Source: Vicugna vicugna (Eukaryota). Taken from it: a stretch of 64,000 nucleotides of DNA. This document shows positions 50,583 through 63,660 of this stretch, piece by piece (the first letter of the stretch is position 1; each line of letters opens with the position of its first letter). The stretch spans positions 1,190,335-1,254,334 of the forward strand of contig MU057521.1 in NCBI GenBank assembly GCA_013265495.1, in the 5' to 3' direction. The position numbers and the translations under genes were made by a program. The notes below the pieces were generated by a model, which worked only from the letters and a program-made list of their open reading frames with translations, was not told where the DNA came from and ran no database searches.

Positions 50583-53500
50583 TATTTGTCCTATTATTAT
50601 GTATTTCTCCCTTAATACAGATGTTCATACTTAGACTGTTAGCAGTACTTTTTGATTTTCTTATTTTAAACCTTACTTAAATCTTATTTATGATTTTGTA
50701 CAATTTAAAATAGGATAGATGCCCCAACAAGGCTTTGAAGGCAACATACCTTTAATATGGTTGTAAATTGTTTTAAGTTATATAATAAGTCATAAAGGTC
50801 TGAACCAGGACAATTGCAGAGATGATTCTTTAGGGTTATTTAGGATTCAGGGGTTGGAATCATCATGGTTTGGACTTTTAACTAATGTAGGAGTAAGGGC
50901 TCAGGGTAATTGAGGAATATTATCTACGTTTCTTGTTTGGCAGTTGGGTAAATGGTGGTGCCCTTAATGGAGAGAGACTGCAGGAGGAGGAGGGAGGGCA
51001 GATTTGAGGGGAAGATATGAAATTCATTTAGATAGGATCAAATTAAAAATTTATGAAATATTCAAATAGGCATGTCCAGGTGATAATTAGGTAGGTCTGT
51101 ATCTTGGGGAAAAGGTTTAAAGATTTCTGAATCTTTAGAGTACTGGTGATAGTTAAAACTGTAAGAGTGACTATCATCCCAGTGGAGTATGCAGAGTAAG
51201 AAAAGGACCAAGGAGGACAGTCTGGGAAACACCAACTTTGAGATGAGTGACATAAGAAGCTGTCAGAGTACCTGAGCAGGAGGAGCAGTAACGGGAAAAA
51301 TTTTTTCTTGTAAAGCTTGGGAAAGAGGAATTTCTTTCTCCCTAAGATGACTATAGAAAATAAAATGTATACAAACCATGGAGATTCCATCTTGCTTCCC
51401 TTCATTTATTTCTCACTATTTGCTGAGTCATGCCCAACAGTACTGTACATAATTCTTAAGTCTATAGTAGGCAGGGAGAATTCTGTAAACCTAGGAGGGG
51501 TGGTAATTGTACTGTCGTGGGATTTTTGTATTATTTTAGGAGTAGATTTTTATTTTAACTCGTATTCTTATGAGAATTTTTTTCTTTTCTTAGAATCGTT
51601 CCTGGGTAATAAAATAAGTATTAAAGATGGGGAAGTGGTATTTTATTATGAAGTCAAATCACCTTACATTCAGGGGGAAAAAAAAACAAGAAATTCTGAC
51701 TTGAAAGAAGTCAGTTTCATGTCTACTATGAGATGGTAGGGTCCTTGATTCAACCCTATTGATATGAACTCTTCAATAGTGGAAGGAAAATGTGAATGAA
51801 AAAAATACTTGACTCTGATTAGTGTTGTGGGAAAGATCTTCCAAAATATGTAATATTCTGAGTTTTGCACCAAAAAAACTAAAACTAACAAATATTTCAA
51901 GATAATATTAGTGATATATTGAGTTGAGGCAACAAAGAAGCAATATTTTTGTCTGCTTTGAAATTTAACACTTCACCTTTGGTGTCTCCACATAGTCAAT
52001 TGTTTTTCTCCCAAGTCATGAGAGCATGATCTTTAATCACTCAAATACCTCCAGTGTAATACCAGTGTTACCCAACCCTGACTGGGAAATGACTGTTTCA
52101 GCCAATCTAGAGTTGCTTATACTGACTTAATCATTAATTATTTTGATAAGATTATAATATACAATATTAGAATATATATTTATCTTATAGTTGCTACTTT
52201 AGTTCCAGTAAAATAGCATTTAGCAAGGTTGGGCAAGTATAGAGTTGGGACAGTGGATGACTAGGTTGGCGGGTAGTTCCTACAGTGTTTTTAAAAAACA
52301 TAAATATTTTCAAATATTTTTGTGAGGAATTATAATATTTGAAAAATACTTGGAGGTCATTTGCTACAGTGTATCTCTTTACAAGATAATAAATTTTGAG
52401 CTTTAATCCAATAATTTTTAAATAAAGAAGTGATAGATTCATTTATGTGTGAATATAGCTGTTCAGACCTTTCTTGTGAAACTTCCTTTCTCACATAACA
52501 GCAATTACTTGATTGTACTGTGCTTTTATAGAGATGTGCTATAGCTTTAAAGATATGCCTTTGTCTTTATTGTATATTAAGAAACATGCAGCAGAGTGAA
52601 TTCATTTTGATGAGCACTATCTTTTCAAAGCTTTGGAAACTTTTAATGGCATTTGGCAATGTATATGTAGATGTGCATAATAATATAAATTCTTGCCGTC
52701 TGACATGGGTTTTTCTGGCTTTCTGTGCCTTGCTCATTCAGTGTTTCGCTCTTGGTCACCTAAACTTTCATCAGTCAAATTTAAGTTTTCTTCACAGTTT
52801 GTGTTTTAACCAGTTCTTTTTTTTTTCCTTTTTTTCTTTTTTTCTTTTTTTTTTTCATATTTTTATCATTCTGGTGCAGGGCATTTCTGATCTGCAACTG
52901 TTCTGTAATGTGTCTTACTAAATTGTAAGTGATACTGAAAGTGTAATATGTATACTCATTTTGCTTATGATATAGTGAAGTGTTTTTAAATAAAAATCAA
53001 TTACCTAGAGTTTTGAAGGAAGAAAGAAAAGTACTTCTGTACTTCCCTTACACACTGAATGTGTGCAGTCTGACTTTAAACACAAGCTCTAAGAATTTTC
53101 CATAAGTAGAAGTTTTAGGGAAACTGATTTAACTTTGTTGCACAGAAATGTTTGCAGATCAGCATTGCTGACTACCAAAAAAAGAAATAGTAACATACAT
53201 GTCATGTGGTTTTTAGTTGTGCTTCCATGTTGCTGCAGTGAAATTCTGTGCATCAAAATAATTGGCTTTCATGTACTAGATGTGATTCAGTTATATCTTA
53301 AGTATTATTTTAATGAAAATATGCAAACTGAGTGAATTCTATTTTTTCCATATATTTTTATAGCTTTGTTGTCTCTAATAGCATTTCATTTGCCATCTTC
53401 TTTTTTCCGTTTATTAGTCAATCAGGAAAAAATTGCATCTTTAAATTTTTTAATTTGCTAGTTTTTATGCAGAACTATTTAAGATAATGTGATTTTAAAA

Positions 53501-54611
53501 ATATCCAGTTGTGACAGAGATCACTTACTTTCTCACAGCTTCACTTCACAGAAATGGCTTTTTTCCCTACTTCTAAGCTTGCTTTTTCTTCAGGGCAGTA
53601 TTTATTAATACTTTAAAGTATTTTAAAGAAAATTCCCAGTAAAGACATACATGCTTAAATCTTGCTCCTGATGAAACATTTTATTAAAATGTTGCCTCTG
53701 TATTCCTGTTGATCTTATAATCAGACTCTGATAACAGGCGAAATCTTTAAGTTTCAGTAGTACCTCTTACTATGAATAAATACCTGTCTGAAGAGTTGTC
53801 AGAAACTTTGAAATTCTACTTAGTTTTACTCAGTATCCTAAAATTACTATTTTTGTAGACTTGTACAGAATCATTTGCTTAGAATGATCTTAATTATAAA
53901 TTAAAAGACAAACTGTTTCTATCTTTTGGCTTTAAATGAAACCTAAAATAAACCTAAAGGAACTTTTTTTAGATATGTGTTTAACATAACTGTGCTTGTT
54001 TGTAGAAGGCATATGCTTGTTTGAAGAAAAATTGATAGACATCCCACATTGTTAAATATTTAAATCATATTCTTTCAACGTCTTAATAAAGGAATATAGT
54101 CACTAATATTTCTGTATAGTGAGTTATAACATTATTCTAGATAGTGCATTTAAAAGTACTTTTTTTTTAAATCCTAAGATTTTCTTTAAGTATATTTGCT
54201 TGGATTTCATCTAATTTTTGTCTTTTCCCCTAAAATATGTCACCTGAAAACATTCCATAACATTTCTTACCTAGACTGAGTGAAGCAGAAGCATCTAAAT
54301 CACTAATATTCTTATTTACCTAAATGAGAGTATGCCATAGATTTTATTTTTAAATAGAGCCATCCCTGTCAGACAGCTGGAACATTTGATCCCTAGTCCC
54401 CTGTATTCTGAAACTATGGAAAACATTCACCAGTTTGCTTGCAAATCAACTCTGCTGCATGCGTTCACAAGTTTCATAAAGATTGCATGCTTTCTGTTTT
54501 CAATACAAATTGTATTTTTTTTCATACCCATCCTTGCTTTTTATTTTTTTATTTTTGTTTCCCTTTTCTTGGTTGGATGCCTGTGTGTGTTTATTCCAAA
54601 TCCCTGTCCAG

Positions 54612-54683
54612 TCCTGGAGTTTGAACTACGGAAAGCCAAGGAGACCATTCAGGCCCTCCGAGCCAACCTGACAAAGGCTGCAG
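54612..54683 (+). CDS. RELCH: RELCH exon 3 (72 nt, coiled coil)
   Basis: VLEFELRKAKETIQALRANLTKAA; acceptor ctgtccag, donor CAG|GTGGTG; phase 1-1. Confidence 0.94.
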
Positions 54684-54791
54684 GTGGTGTACATAAAACT
54701 TTTTTGAGACTTTTTCTACTTTGACAATGTAGAAGTAGCTGAGATATTTTCAAATGTGAAATAGTAAAATATTCGTATTTTTTCCCACCAG

Positions 54792-54847
54792 AACACGAAG
54801 TTCCTTTACAGGAACGAAAAAATTACAAATCAAGTCCTGAAATTCAG
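54792..54847 (+). CDS. RELCH: RELCH exon 4 (56 nt)
   Basis: EHEVPLQERKNYKSSPEIQ; acceptor cccaccag, donor CAG|GTGGGT. Confidence 0.94.
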
Positions 54848-54952
54848 GTGGGTGAACGACAGATCTAAAAGTATCTTCCACATGAAATGGTAGCACAAGT
54901 ATTGAAGGAGGAGAACTTACTATTTTGTATCTGTCTTTTATTTTATCTCCAG

Positions 54953-55066
54953 GAGCCAATCAAACCTCTTGAAAAGAGAGCTCTAAACTTCTTAGTCAAT
55001 GAATTTTTATTGAAGAATAACTACAAGCTGACATCAATAACCTTTTCAGATGAAAATGATGATCAG
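54953..55066 (+). CDS. RELCH: RELCH exon 5 (114 nt, LisH motif)
   Basis: EPIKPLEKRALNFLVNEFLLKNNYKLTSITFSDENDDQ fits the LisH pattern (LNxLVxEFLxxxxYxxTxxxFxxE); acceptor atctccag, donor CAG|GTACAT. Confidence 0.96.
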
Positions 55067-56039
55067 GTACATTTTTTTTTGAATTTTTTTTCCTTTTTAA
55101 TTTGTAATATATCTTCTCTTTTTTCTACTTTCTTTAATTTTTTGAAGTTACACATGTATTAAAGCTCTATAAGGCAGGTTACCAAACACATTGTCTTACC
55201 TACCCAGTCTAGTGTTCTGTTGGCTTATAGATTTTTTCTTTCTACATAAAGACTTCTGATTCTTTCCAGAAAGCTTTTTACAACTCCCCAGTAATTATAT
55301 AATTTCATATATTTGCATGTATTTATAAAATGTGCTTTTTTTAACTTAAAAACATTTACTTAGTAGTAGTACAGATTAAGAATAAAGTAGACTTATAATT
55401 CCAGTTTAGCTGAAACCTCCAATAGCACTATAATAATTAAGATGAGAAATAGATAACAGCAAATAAGAAAATATTTTGAATAAGAGTGAGAATATAAGTT
55501 GTGTCTCTGAATAGGAGCCAGTTTTAGAAACTCATTATTTTCCTGGTAAAATTTTGTAAGCAAAGAAATGATGGTTTGTTTACTGTTGTCTCCTGAATAT
55601 GGAATATTTTGACTTCTTAGTGCTAATGGATCAGTTTGAATCTTGTACCTTAGTAAAATGAATACCAAGGAGTATTTTATGTAGAAATCAGGAAGCCATC
55701 ATTTTAAATCAGGTGTATTTCTTTGGTCCATAAAATATCCCATGGTTTGTTCAACAAATATAGAAGTTATCTAAGGAAGATAGCAATTCAGTTACTCTCT
55801 CAGTAATTGTAATGTTTTTGGCAAAAATTAAATTTAATAAAATATTTAGTTATTTCTTATTAAGTGGTAGTTGAATAAAACAGATAGAAACTAGTATTTA
55901 CCTTACATAAATAATATTATACCATGATTACATTTTAGTTTAATCAAGTTTTATCACAAATTTCGGTTAAAGATCAACTAATGAATAATATATATGTTTA
56001 ATATGTAAGAAACTTTGAGAGGCTAGAAAGAAAGCAGAA

Positions 56040-57330
56040 AAGGAAGAAAAGAAAAAAATAGATGGGACACATAGAAAATAATATCAAGATGGTAGATTTA
56101 AAACCCATCCATATCAACACTCACTTCAAATGTAAATGGTCTGTCCTTCCCACTTAAAAGGCAACAATCTCTCAATAGTTGATAGAACAAGGTAATAGAA
56201 AATCATTTAGGGTATAGAACACTTGTGCTATGTTGTCAATCAACTTAACTTAAGTAAAATTTGTAAAACATTCCATCTTTCAGTAGCTGAATGCATATTT
56301 TCAAACATATATGGGTCACTTATCAAGATAGACAATATTATAAATGATAAAGCAAGTCTTAATATTTAAGAGGATTTTAAATATTTTCACATAACATAAG
56401 TTGAAAAAGAAATCAAAAGGGAAATTATAAAAAATTTTGAACTGACTGAAATGAAAACAAAATAATCAAAATTTGTGTAACTAAAGCAGTAATTAGAGGA
56501 AAATTTATAGCAGTAAAATGTTTATAATGGAAAAGAAAGGTTTCAAATTGATAATAATCAGCTTCTACATTAAGAAACTAGAAAAAGAAAACTAAGCAAA
56601 GCCCAAAGTAAGCAGAAAAAGGGAAACAATAAAAATGAGAGGATAAGTCAATGATACAGGCAGCAGAAAACAATAAAGAAAAACTAATAAAACAAAAAAC
56701 TGTTTTTTTTTTGAGATAAATGAAATTGACAAATCTTTACCCTGACTGATTAGAAAAAGAGAAAAGATGCAAATTATCAAAATCTGGAATGAGCAAGGTT
56801 ACATCACTACAGATTTTACTTATATTAAAAGGATAAAATGGGAATGTTACTAACAACTTAGGAATTGAGAGGAAATTCCTCAATCTCATAAAAGATATAG
56901 AAAACCTGTCACTTATATTTAATGATGAAGGGTAAGGAATAAAAAAATGATATATGCTCTCATTATTTCTTTTGAACTTCGTATTAAAGATTCTAGCCAA
57001 TAAAAGGCAAGAAAGAAATGAAAGGCACACATTTAGGAAAAGAAGAAATAAAACTTTATTCATTGATGTCATGATTGTACATGTAGAGAATCCTATGGAC
57101 TGTCTAAAAGATACCACAACTCATGTGTGACTTTAGCAAAGTTGTAGAATACAAGATCAGTAAACAACAATGAATTGTATTTCTGTATGCTGGCAACAAT
57201 TAGAAATTGAAATTTAGAAAATACTATTTACAAGAGTATCAAAAAGTAGGAAATAGGGGTAAATCTGTAAGGACTGATACACTGAACACTATTATATGTG
57301 CTGAGAGAAAGTAAAACAGATATAAATGAA
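56040..57330 (+). mobile_element. Degraded L1 ORF2 fragments
   Basis: A-rich strand with ctaaagcagtaattagaggaaaatttatagca and acatgtagagaatcct...gaatacaagatcagt. Confidence 0.75.
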
Positions 57331-58239
57331 AAGCTCCGCGACTCCCAGTGACATTGTTGTGCACTCCACTGTAGGAAGTCACCATGCTCCCACTGCCACA
57401 TTCTGAACTTTGTCACTGTCTTGCTCCCACTACATCTGCTCTTTCACCTGAATATTTTCACTTTCCTAATCTCCCTCTTTTTCACATCGGTCACCTCTCC
57501 TGCCTCCTCCTTTAACTCCTTCCTTATCAATTTTAAATTTATAAATATTCTCAACTTTTTTTAGCTTATCCTTCTACCTGCCTCCAACATTATCTTTCAC
57601 CTGTTAATTATAATCATGCCCAGCTGAAGCACTTGCACCCTGAATGTATCTGATTCCTTCCGAGCATTGAGTTCTTGCTCATTCTTCCTGTTGTCTCTGA
57701 AATAATTAGTTCCCCCATCCTCTCATTGCCATGTGCCTTGTGAATAAATACCTAAACCTTTCCAAGGGAGTGCATAGATCATCACCTTTTAGAAACTTTT
57801 CCTTACCCTCCACCTCAAGACAGAAATTGACTCCTTTCTCTGAATTATTAACAGTTCTTCAGTCATAACACTTGTGGTACTTTAGATTCTGTTTATTTCT
57901 TTGTGTCACTACTCTTTAACTGTGAAAGCCCCTGAATGGTGACAATATTTTATCCTTGATTCTAAGCATAGGATGGATATCTCATAAATGTTGGATGAAT
58001 ATAGATGGATAAATGGATACTTGAATTATATGTGTAATATTCATTTAATAATTTTTTAAAAGCCAAACACTATTAGGACCTCAATATACATTTTATTTTA
58101 TCCCTATAAAAACCCTAAGAGATAAGCATTATACCAATTCTACAAATGACCTGTACAAGTTTCAAATTAATTCATAACAATAATAAGTGGAGAAAATATG
58201 AATTTCATTCTTGGATCTAATTTTCTTGAAAGTCCACAC

Positions 58240-58771
58240 TTTCTTTCTTTCCTTCCTTCCTTCCTACCTTCTTTCCTTCCTTCTTTCTTTTTTTTTTAGC
58301 TGAAGTATAATCAGTTAATAATGTGTCAGTTTTTGGCATACAGCATAATGTTTTAGTCATACACAGACATACATGTATTCCTTTTTATATTCTTTTTCAT
58401 TATAGGTTACTACAAGATAGTGAATATAGTTTCCTGTGCTATACAGTATAAACTTGTTTGTTTATCTATTTTATATATAGTAGTTATTATCTACAAATCT
58501 CAAACTTCTCATTTATCCCTTCCCACCCCCTTTTTCCCCAGGTAACCATAAGTTTGTTTTCTATGTCTGTGAGTCTGTTTCTGTTTTGTAAATAAGTTCA
58601 TTTGTGTCCTTCTTTTAGATTCCACATGTAAGTAATATCATATGGTATTTTTCTTTTCTCTTTCTGACTTACTTCACTTAGAATGACAATCTCCAGGTCC
58701 ATCCATGTTGCGGAAAATGGCATTTTACTCTTCACTGCTGTGTAGTATTCCATTACACACCCACACACCCA

Positions 58772-58820
<49 letters not shown>

Positions 58821-59375
58821 CTTCTTTATCCAGTCATCTGTCAGTGGATGTTTAGGTTATTTCCATGTCTGGCTATTATAAATAGTGCTTCTGTGAACAT
58901 TGGGGTGCATATATCTTTTCAAATTAGAGTTCCCTCTGGATATGTGCCCAGGAGTGGGATTGCTGGATCATATGGTAAATCTATTTTTGGTTTTTTAAGG
59001 ACTCTCCATACTGTTCTCCATAATGGCTGCACCAAACTACATTACCAACAGTGTAGGAGGATTCCCTTTTCTCAACAACCTCTCCAGCATTTATTGTTTG
59101 TGGACTTTTGAATGATGGCCATTTTGACTGGTGTGAGATGATACCTCATTGTAGTTTTGATTTGCATTTCTCTAATAATTAGCTATATTGAGCATTTTTT
59201 CATGTGCTAATTGGCCATTTGTATGTCTTCATTGGAGAATTGCTTGTTTAGGTATTTTTTTTTTTCTTCCCCTTTTTTTGTGTTTTTTTTTTTTTTTTTT
59301 TTTTTTTGTATGTTGTATGATCTGTTTCTGTATACTGGAAATTAAGCCCTTATCTGTCACATTATTTGCAAATAA
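58240..59375 (-). mobile_element. 5'-truncated young L1 (ORF2 end + 3'UTR) with internal (CA)n and a (CTTC)n-derived tail
   Basis: ORF2 C-terminal-like text (MPFSATWMDLEIVILSEVSQKEK) and a typical L1 3'UTR; terminus gaagtataatcagtt shared with other copies in the window. Confidence 0.9.
58756..58819 (+). repeat. (CA)n microsatellite inside L1
   Basis: Read directly. Confidence 0.95.
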
Positions 59376-60384
59376 AAAACCCACACTTTTAATACCTGTC
59401 TTACATCTGCCTCGGATTTAACCCCCCAAAATAGCTATTTTCAATTATTTTTAATCCTTAAAGTATTAAGAGTGTCATATTCAGAACATTCAAATGAATA
59501 TGCCATAGTTTCTCAGAGTTTCATAAATAAATTATAAATAAGTTATTAAGGTATCAAATTACAGAATTCTGGTGTATTAGAGGAAGAAAAAATGGTAGGA
59601 CAGTATATTTGCATGTGATTGATAACTCTGGAACTTTATAAAGCTCCTCAAAAAAATCTTTGCCCATAGAATGCTTTGAGGTTCTATGCCTTTTTGTACT
59701 TTTATAATAAAATTATATTAGATTGAATTCCAGAATGTTTCATAACAAGACACCAAAGAGCAGGTATTTGGATTCTGAAGACTATCAGAGCATTTTTAAT
59801 AATATAATTAGATTCAAACAGCTACAGCAAGAAGGCAAGCAGATTAAATTGCTTGCTTACCTGTTAAAGATTGCACTCATATATATATATATGTTGGAAT
59901 AATAAAGAAAAATAAAAGTTAATGCCATCAATTAGTTTACATGTAAATAATGAATACAACTTATGAACTAGGACTTTCTTAATCTAGACATGTTCTGTGA
60001 CTTCATGCAAATATTTAAGCATGTTTTACAAACTTAAACATTAACACAAGCTTTAACGTTAAGAGTTTACATTTTTGAGAGATTTGATCAAAAACATTGT
60101 GTATGGGGCACCTTGACATCTAAGACAGATTACCTAGAATATCAGTAAACTTATAAAAATAATATTATATATATATTATATATATAAGAGTTACATTGGA
60201 CAGTGGAAGATTAAAATAAGTTTAAAAATGATATTTATTCACTTGGAAGATAAACTTTGACATTACAACAAAATTATGATTTTGTTGAGTTTTCAAGATA
60301 CTAGCAAGAAGGAAAAAATTAATCTCAAAGATGCAAGATAAACTGCCTCATAGTTTTTTTATATTATTATTTTATATCTTTTAG

Positions 60385-60588
60385 GATTTTGAACTATGGG
60401 ATGATGTAGGATTAAACATTCCAAAACCTCCAGACTTATTGCAACTCTACCGAGATTTTGGAAATCATCAAGTGGCTGGGAAAGATCTTGTGGATGTGGC
60501 CAGTGGTGTAGAAGAAGATGAATTAGAGGCTCTTACACCAATTTTAGGAAACCTTCCTTCAACTCTTGAAACTCCTCAGGCTGTAGAG
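60385..60588 (+). CDS. RELCH: RELCH exon 6 (204 nt)
   Basis: DFELWDDVGLNIPKPPDLLQLYRDFGNHQVAGKDLVDVASGVEEDELEALTPILGNLPSTLETPQAVE; acceptor tcttttag, donor GAG|GTGAGA. Confidence 0.95.
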
Positions 60589-60693
60589 GTGAGAGGTATT
60601 AACTAAGTAGTTAAGTCTATAAAAAGTATTTAAACTATATAAAAGCATACTGTGAGATCTTGAGTTTCTGTTTTTCTCCCATTTTGATTTCAG

Positions 60694-60785
60694 AACTCGT
60701 TGCTAGTACAGAAATTAGAAGATAAAATTAGTTTATTAAGTAGTGAGAAATGGTCTTTAATGGAGCAAATCAGAAGACTTGAAAG
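60694..60785 (+). CDS. RELCH: RELCH exon 7 (92 nt, coiled coil)
   Basis: NSLLVQKLEDKISLLSSEKWSLMEQIRRLE(S); acceptor gatttcag, donor AAG|GTTAGT. Confidence 0.95.
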
Positions 60786-61410
60786 GTTAGTACTTAACCA
60801 TCATTTCTAAAAACCTTCTTAAAGTTTTTAAGGATACTGACAGATTTTATAAATATATAAAATAACATTTCAGTTAGAAGATGTAATTTTTCATATCCTA
60901 ATACTTCTGAAAAAAATTTTTATAAATGCTTTATGTACTTAATCTGTCCTTCCCTGGCCCCCCCAAAAAAAGTATTCAGTCAACATAATCAGGTGATCGA
61001 TTATGTCTTGGAAACAAGGAATAAGATATTTTTTACTTTCCCCAAGTTGTGTCAGTATTAGTAAAATAAATTCTTCACATTAGTTTTATACATATTTCCT
61101 GTTTATTTGATTCTTTTAATAATTCTGTGGATTAGATGGAATTATCCCCATTTTGCAAATGAATAAATTTAAGTGTTAATCCAAAGCAGTTTATAAAGCC
61201 ATTTTTATGTTTTGTAAGAGTTTTTAGTTATACTTCTGGGTATATGAAGCATCAGTGTATATGGTAGAGAAAAGATTAATCATTTGCTCTACCACTTTCT
61301 GTTAATACGTTATTCCTTTAAAGCATTAAACTCATTATGAGGTTTATGCTATTGCCAAAGTTTAAAAAAAAATACAGTTACTTTCTGATAATTTCTCTTT
61401 CTCTCTGCAG

Positions 61411-61704
61411 TGAAATGGATTTCCTCAAGAATGAACACTTTGCAAGCCCAGTAGTTTGTGACTCTGTTCAGCCTTCTTTGGATCAGTCTCCCCACAAAGA
61501 CTCTGAAGACAGTGGACAAAATTCAGTTATGAATAGTTCAGACAAGGGAGAAAACAAAGATTTTCATCTTTCAAAATCTGATGAAGTTGATTCCACTATT
61601 CCTAAAGAGAGTTTTCCAAATTCTTTCCCCAGGCGAGAAAGAGAAGGGATGCCATTTTCTTCTCCATCAAGTAAAAACACAGTCCATTTTGATAAACCCA
61701 ATAG
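61411..61704 (+). CDS. RELCH: RELCH exon 8 (294 nt, Ser-rich linker); gene continues beyond the right edge
   Basis: EMDFLKNEHFASPVVCDSVQPSLDQSPHKDSEDSGQ...KNTVHFDKPNR; acceptor ctctctgcag, donor TAG|GTTAGT; phase 2-2. Confidence 0.94.
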
Positions 61705-62809
61705 GTTAGTATGATCCTGTATTTTGAAATGCATCTTTCAGCTATTTAGTACATACTCAAACTGGAAGAGTTTCAGTTCTTATTTTGTAGGTCAGATGTC
61801 TGAATTTTTTATGTTTGGCATGAAGTTAACGTATAGCAAAGTATATGTGACCCAAAAAAAAGAAAAAAAAACCCAACAAAACACAAGTAATTACTAAGTT
61901 AAATTACGTTAAAGAGAAATAGACAATAAATAAAGTAGATTATATTTTAGCCAAGTACTTAAACCCATAAATAAAATGTATGTTCTATGTGCTGTGAATA
62001 TTTTACCCAATGCTTTTTACCTTTTCTCTATTCCACAGTCAATAGAAGGTTTTGGTACTGCATAGGTTCCTGGGCTAAAGAGGGGAATGGTTATTGCTCT
62101 TAGGCCTTTTTCCTGTGTCTGTTTCCATTCCTAATATTGTATCATTAATATTCGCTCAATTCATTTAATTTTTATTGGGTTGCAGTGACTATAGTTAGAT
62201 GACAAAAGCATGGTCCCTTGCCTTTCATGATCATGTTTTCTAGTAGAGGAGACAAAATGTAATTTTCAAAAATTTTGTATATTATACTGTGAAAAAAATA
62301 ATGTTGAGAAAGGAATATTTACTGAGTTCTCTTTAGGCACAGTTCTAAATGCTTTGCATCTACTAATTTAGTTCATCCTCACATCCTCACAGGTATTTTA
62401 TGTTGCATTCTGAGCCACAAAGTCATGCTTCCTCTTCCTATTAAACAGACATGAATATTATAGCAAGTGTTGGGATATAACAGGAAAGCATGACCAATTT
62501 GTTATAGACTTAAACATCGTTATGATTACTGAGAAATATTTGATTTTTTCCCAAAGCAAATCTTTCCACTCATGTCCCACAACTTATTGAGTATCTACTT
62601 AAGTATATGTATTTTTAGGTATTATGGAGGTCAGAGAATTGAAATATATATGGCCCAATCCTCAAAGTGCATTTATTCTAATATAGATAAGATACAGTCA
62701 TAAAAATCAATGTTATGGTACTCAACAGGAACGGCATTTGTAATAATTCTTAGTGTTGAGGAGTGCTTCCGTATATCTCCTTTGATACTCCAGAGCCACC
62801 CTCTGGAGA

Positions 62810-63660
62810 ATGACTGTTCAATTTATTTAACGAATTTGTTTAGCTCTTAACTCTGTGCCATCAGTGTTAGCAAAGAATATAATAGTAAGCAAAGCATATG
62901 GTAATCCCTTTAGTGATAGTCCTTACAGTATGAAGAAGATCTGCAATCCGACAATTGTAATAAAGTATGAAAAATAGTAATATAAAAGAAGTTCACCTTG
63001 CTTTGGGAACACACAATCAGGGCACCTAACCTAGTCATCAGAATAGGAGAGGTTTCAGGGAAGAAGTGTTATCTAACCTCAGACCTGATGACCGAGTAGG
63101 CGGTTAACCAGGCAAAGAGATCAGAGGAAGAGTGTTCCCACTAAGGGAATACAGCAAGTACAAGGAGAACATGGTACATTTGGTGAGCTAAGAATAATTT
63201 AGTAAGGTTTAAGCAAAGAATGCAAGTGAGAAGAATGACAGGTGCAGTTGGAGAATTAAGCAAAGACTAAGTCATATAAGTTGTATTAACTCATTTTAGA
63301 GAGTTGGAACATGATGGTATCTAAGTTTTAGGGAAGAGTCCTCTTGGGTAGAGGTAACTGGAGGGTAGCAAGACTGGAAGAAAGGACACTAATAGGGTAT
63401 CTATTAGAAGAATCCGAGTAAGAAATGATTGAATTTCCTTTACGGAAAAGAAGTGGATAGATTTGTAAGATAATTAGAAGGTAAAAGATTGATTGGATTT
63501 GGGGGTTAGAAGAAAGAAAGACAAAGGCTGATCTGCACTTTCTGGCTTGAGCAGTTGGATGCATTGTGGCCCCTTCCACTGAAAGAATATGAGAAGAGGA
63601 ATATAAATGAGCAAACAGGCTCAAGCTTTGGCACATTAACTCCATAATCATAGAAGTTAC
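62810..63660. mobile_element. L2 LINE relic
   Basis: ttcaatttatttaacgaatttgtt...; tttctggcttgagcagttggatgcattgtggcccct. Similar L2 relics lie at ~3400-4720 and ~50880-51290. Confidence 0.65.

Noticed and set aside
30961..53335. Many 60-140 aa ORFs rich in F/I/L/K in the introns
   Set aside because: Translations of AT-rich or transposon DNA with no recognisable domains or exon structure.
53560..53645. Another acceptor-like site (tttttcttcag, 53593) in RELCH intron 2
   Set aside because: No convincing donor nearby; much weaker than the 52880 candidate.
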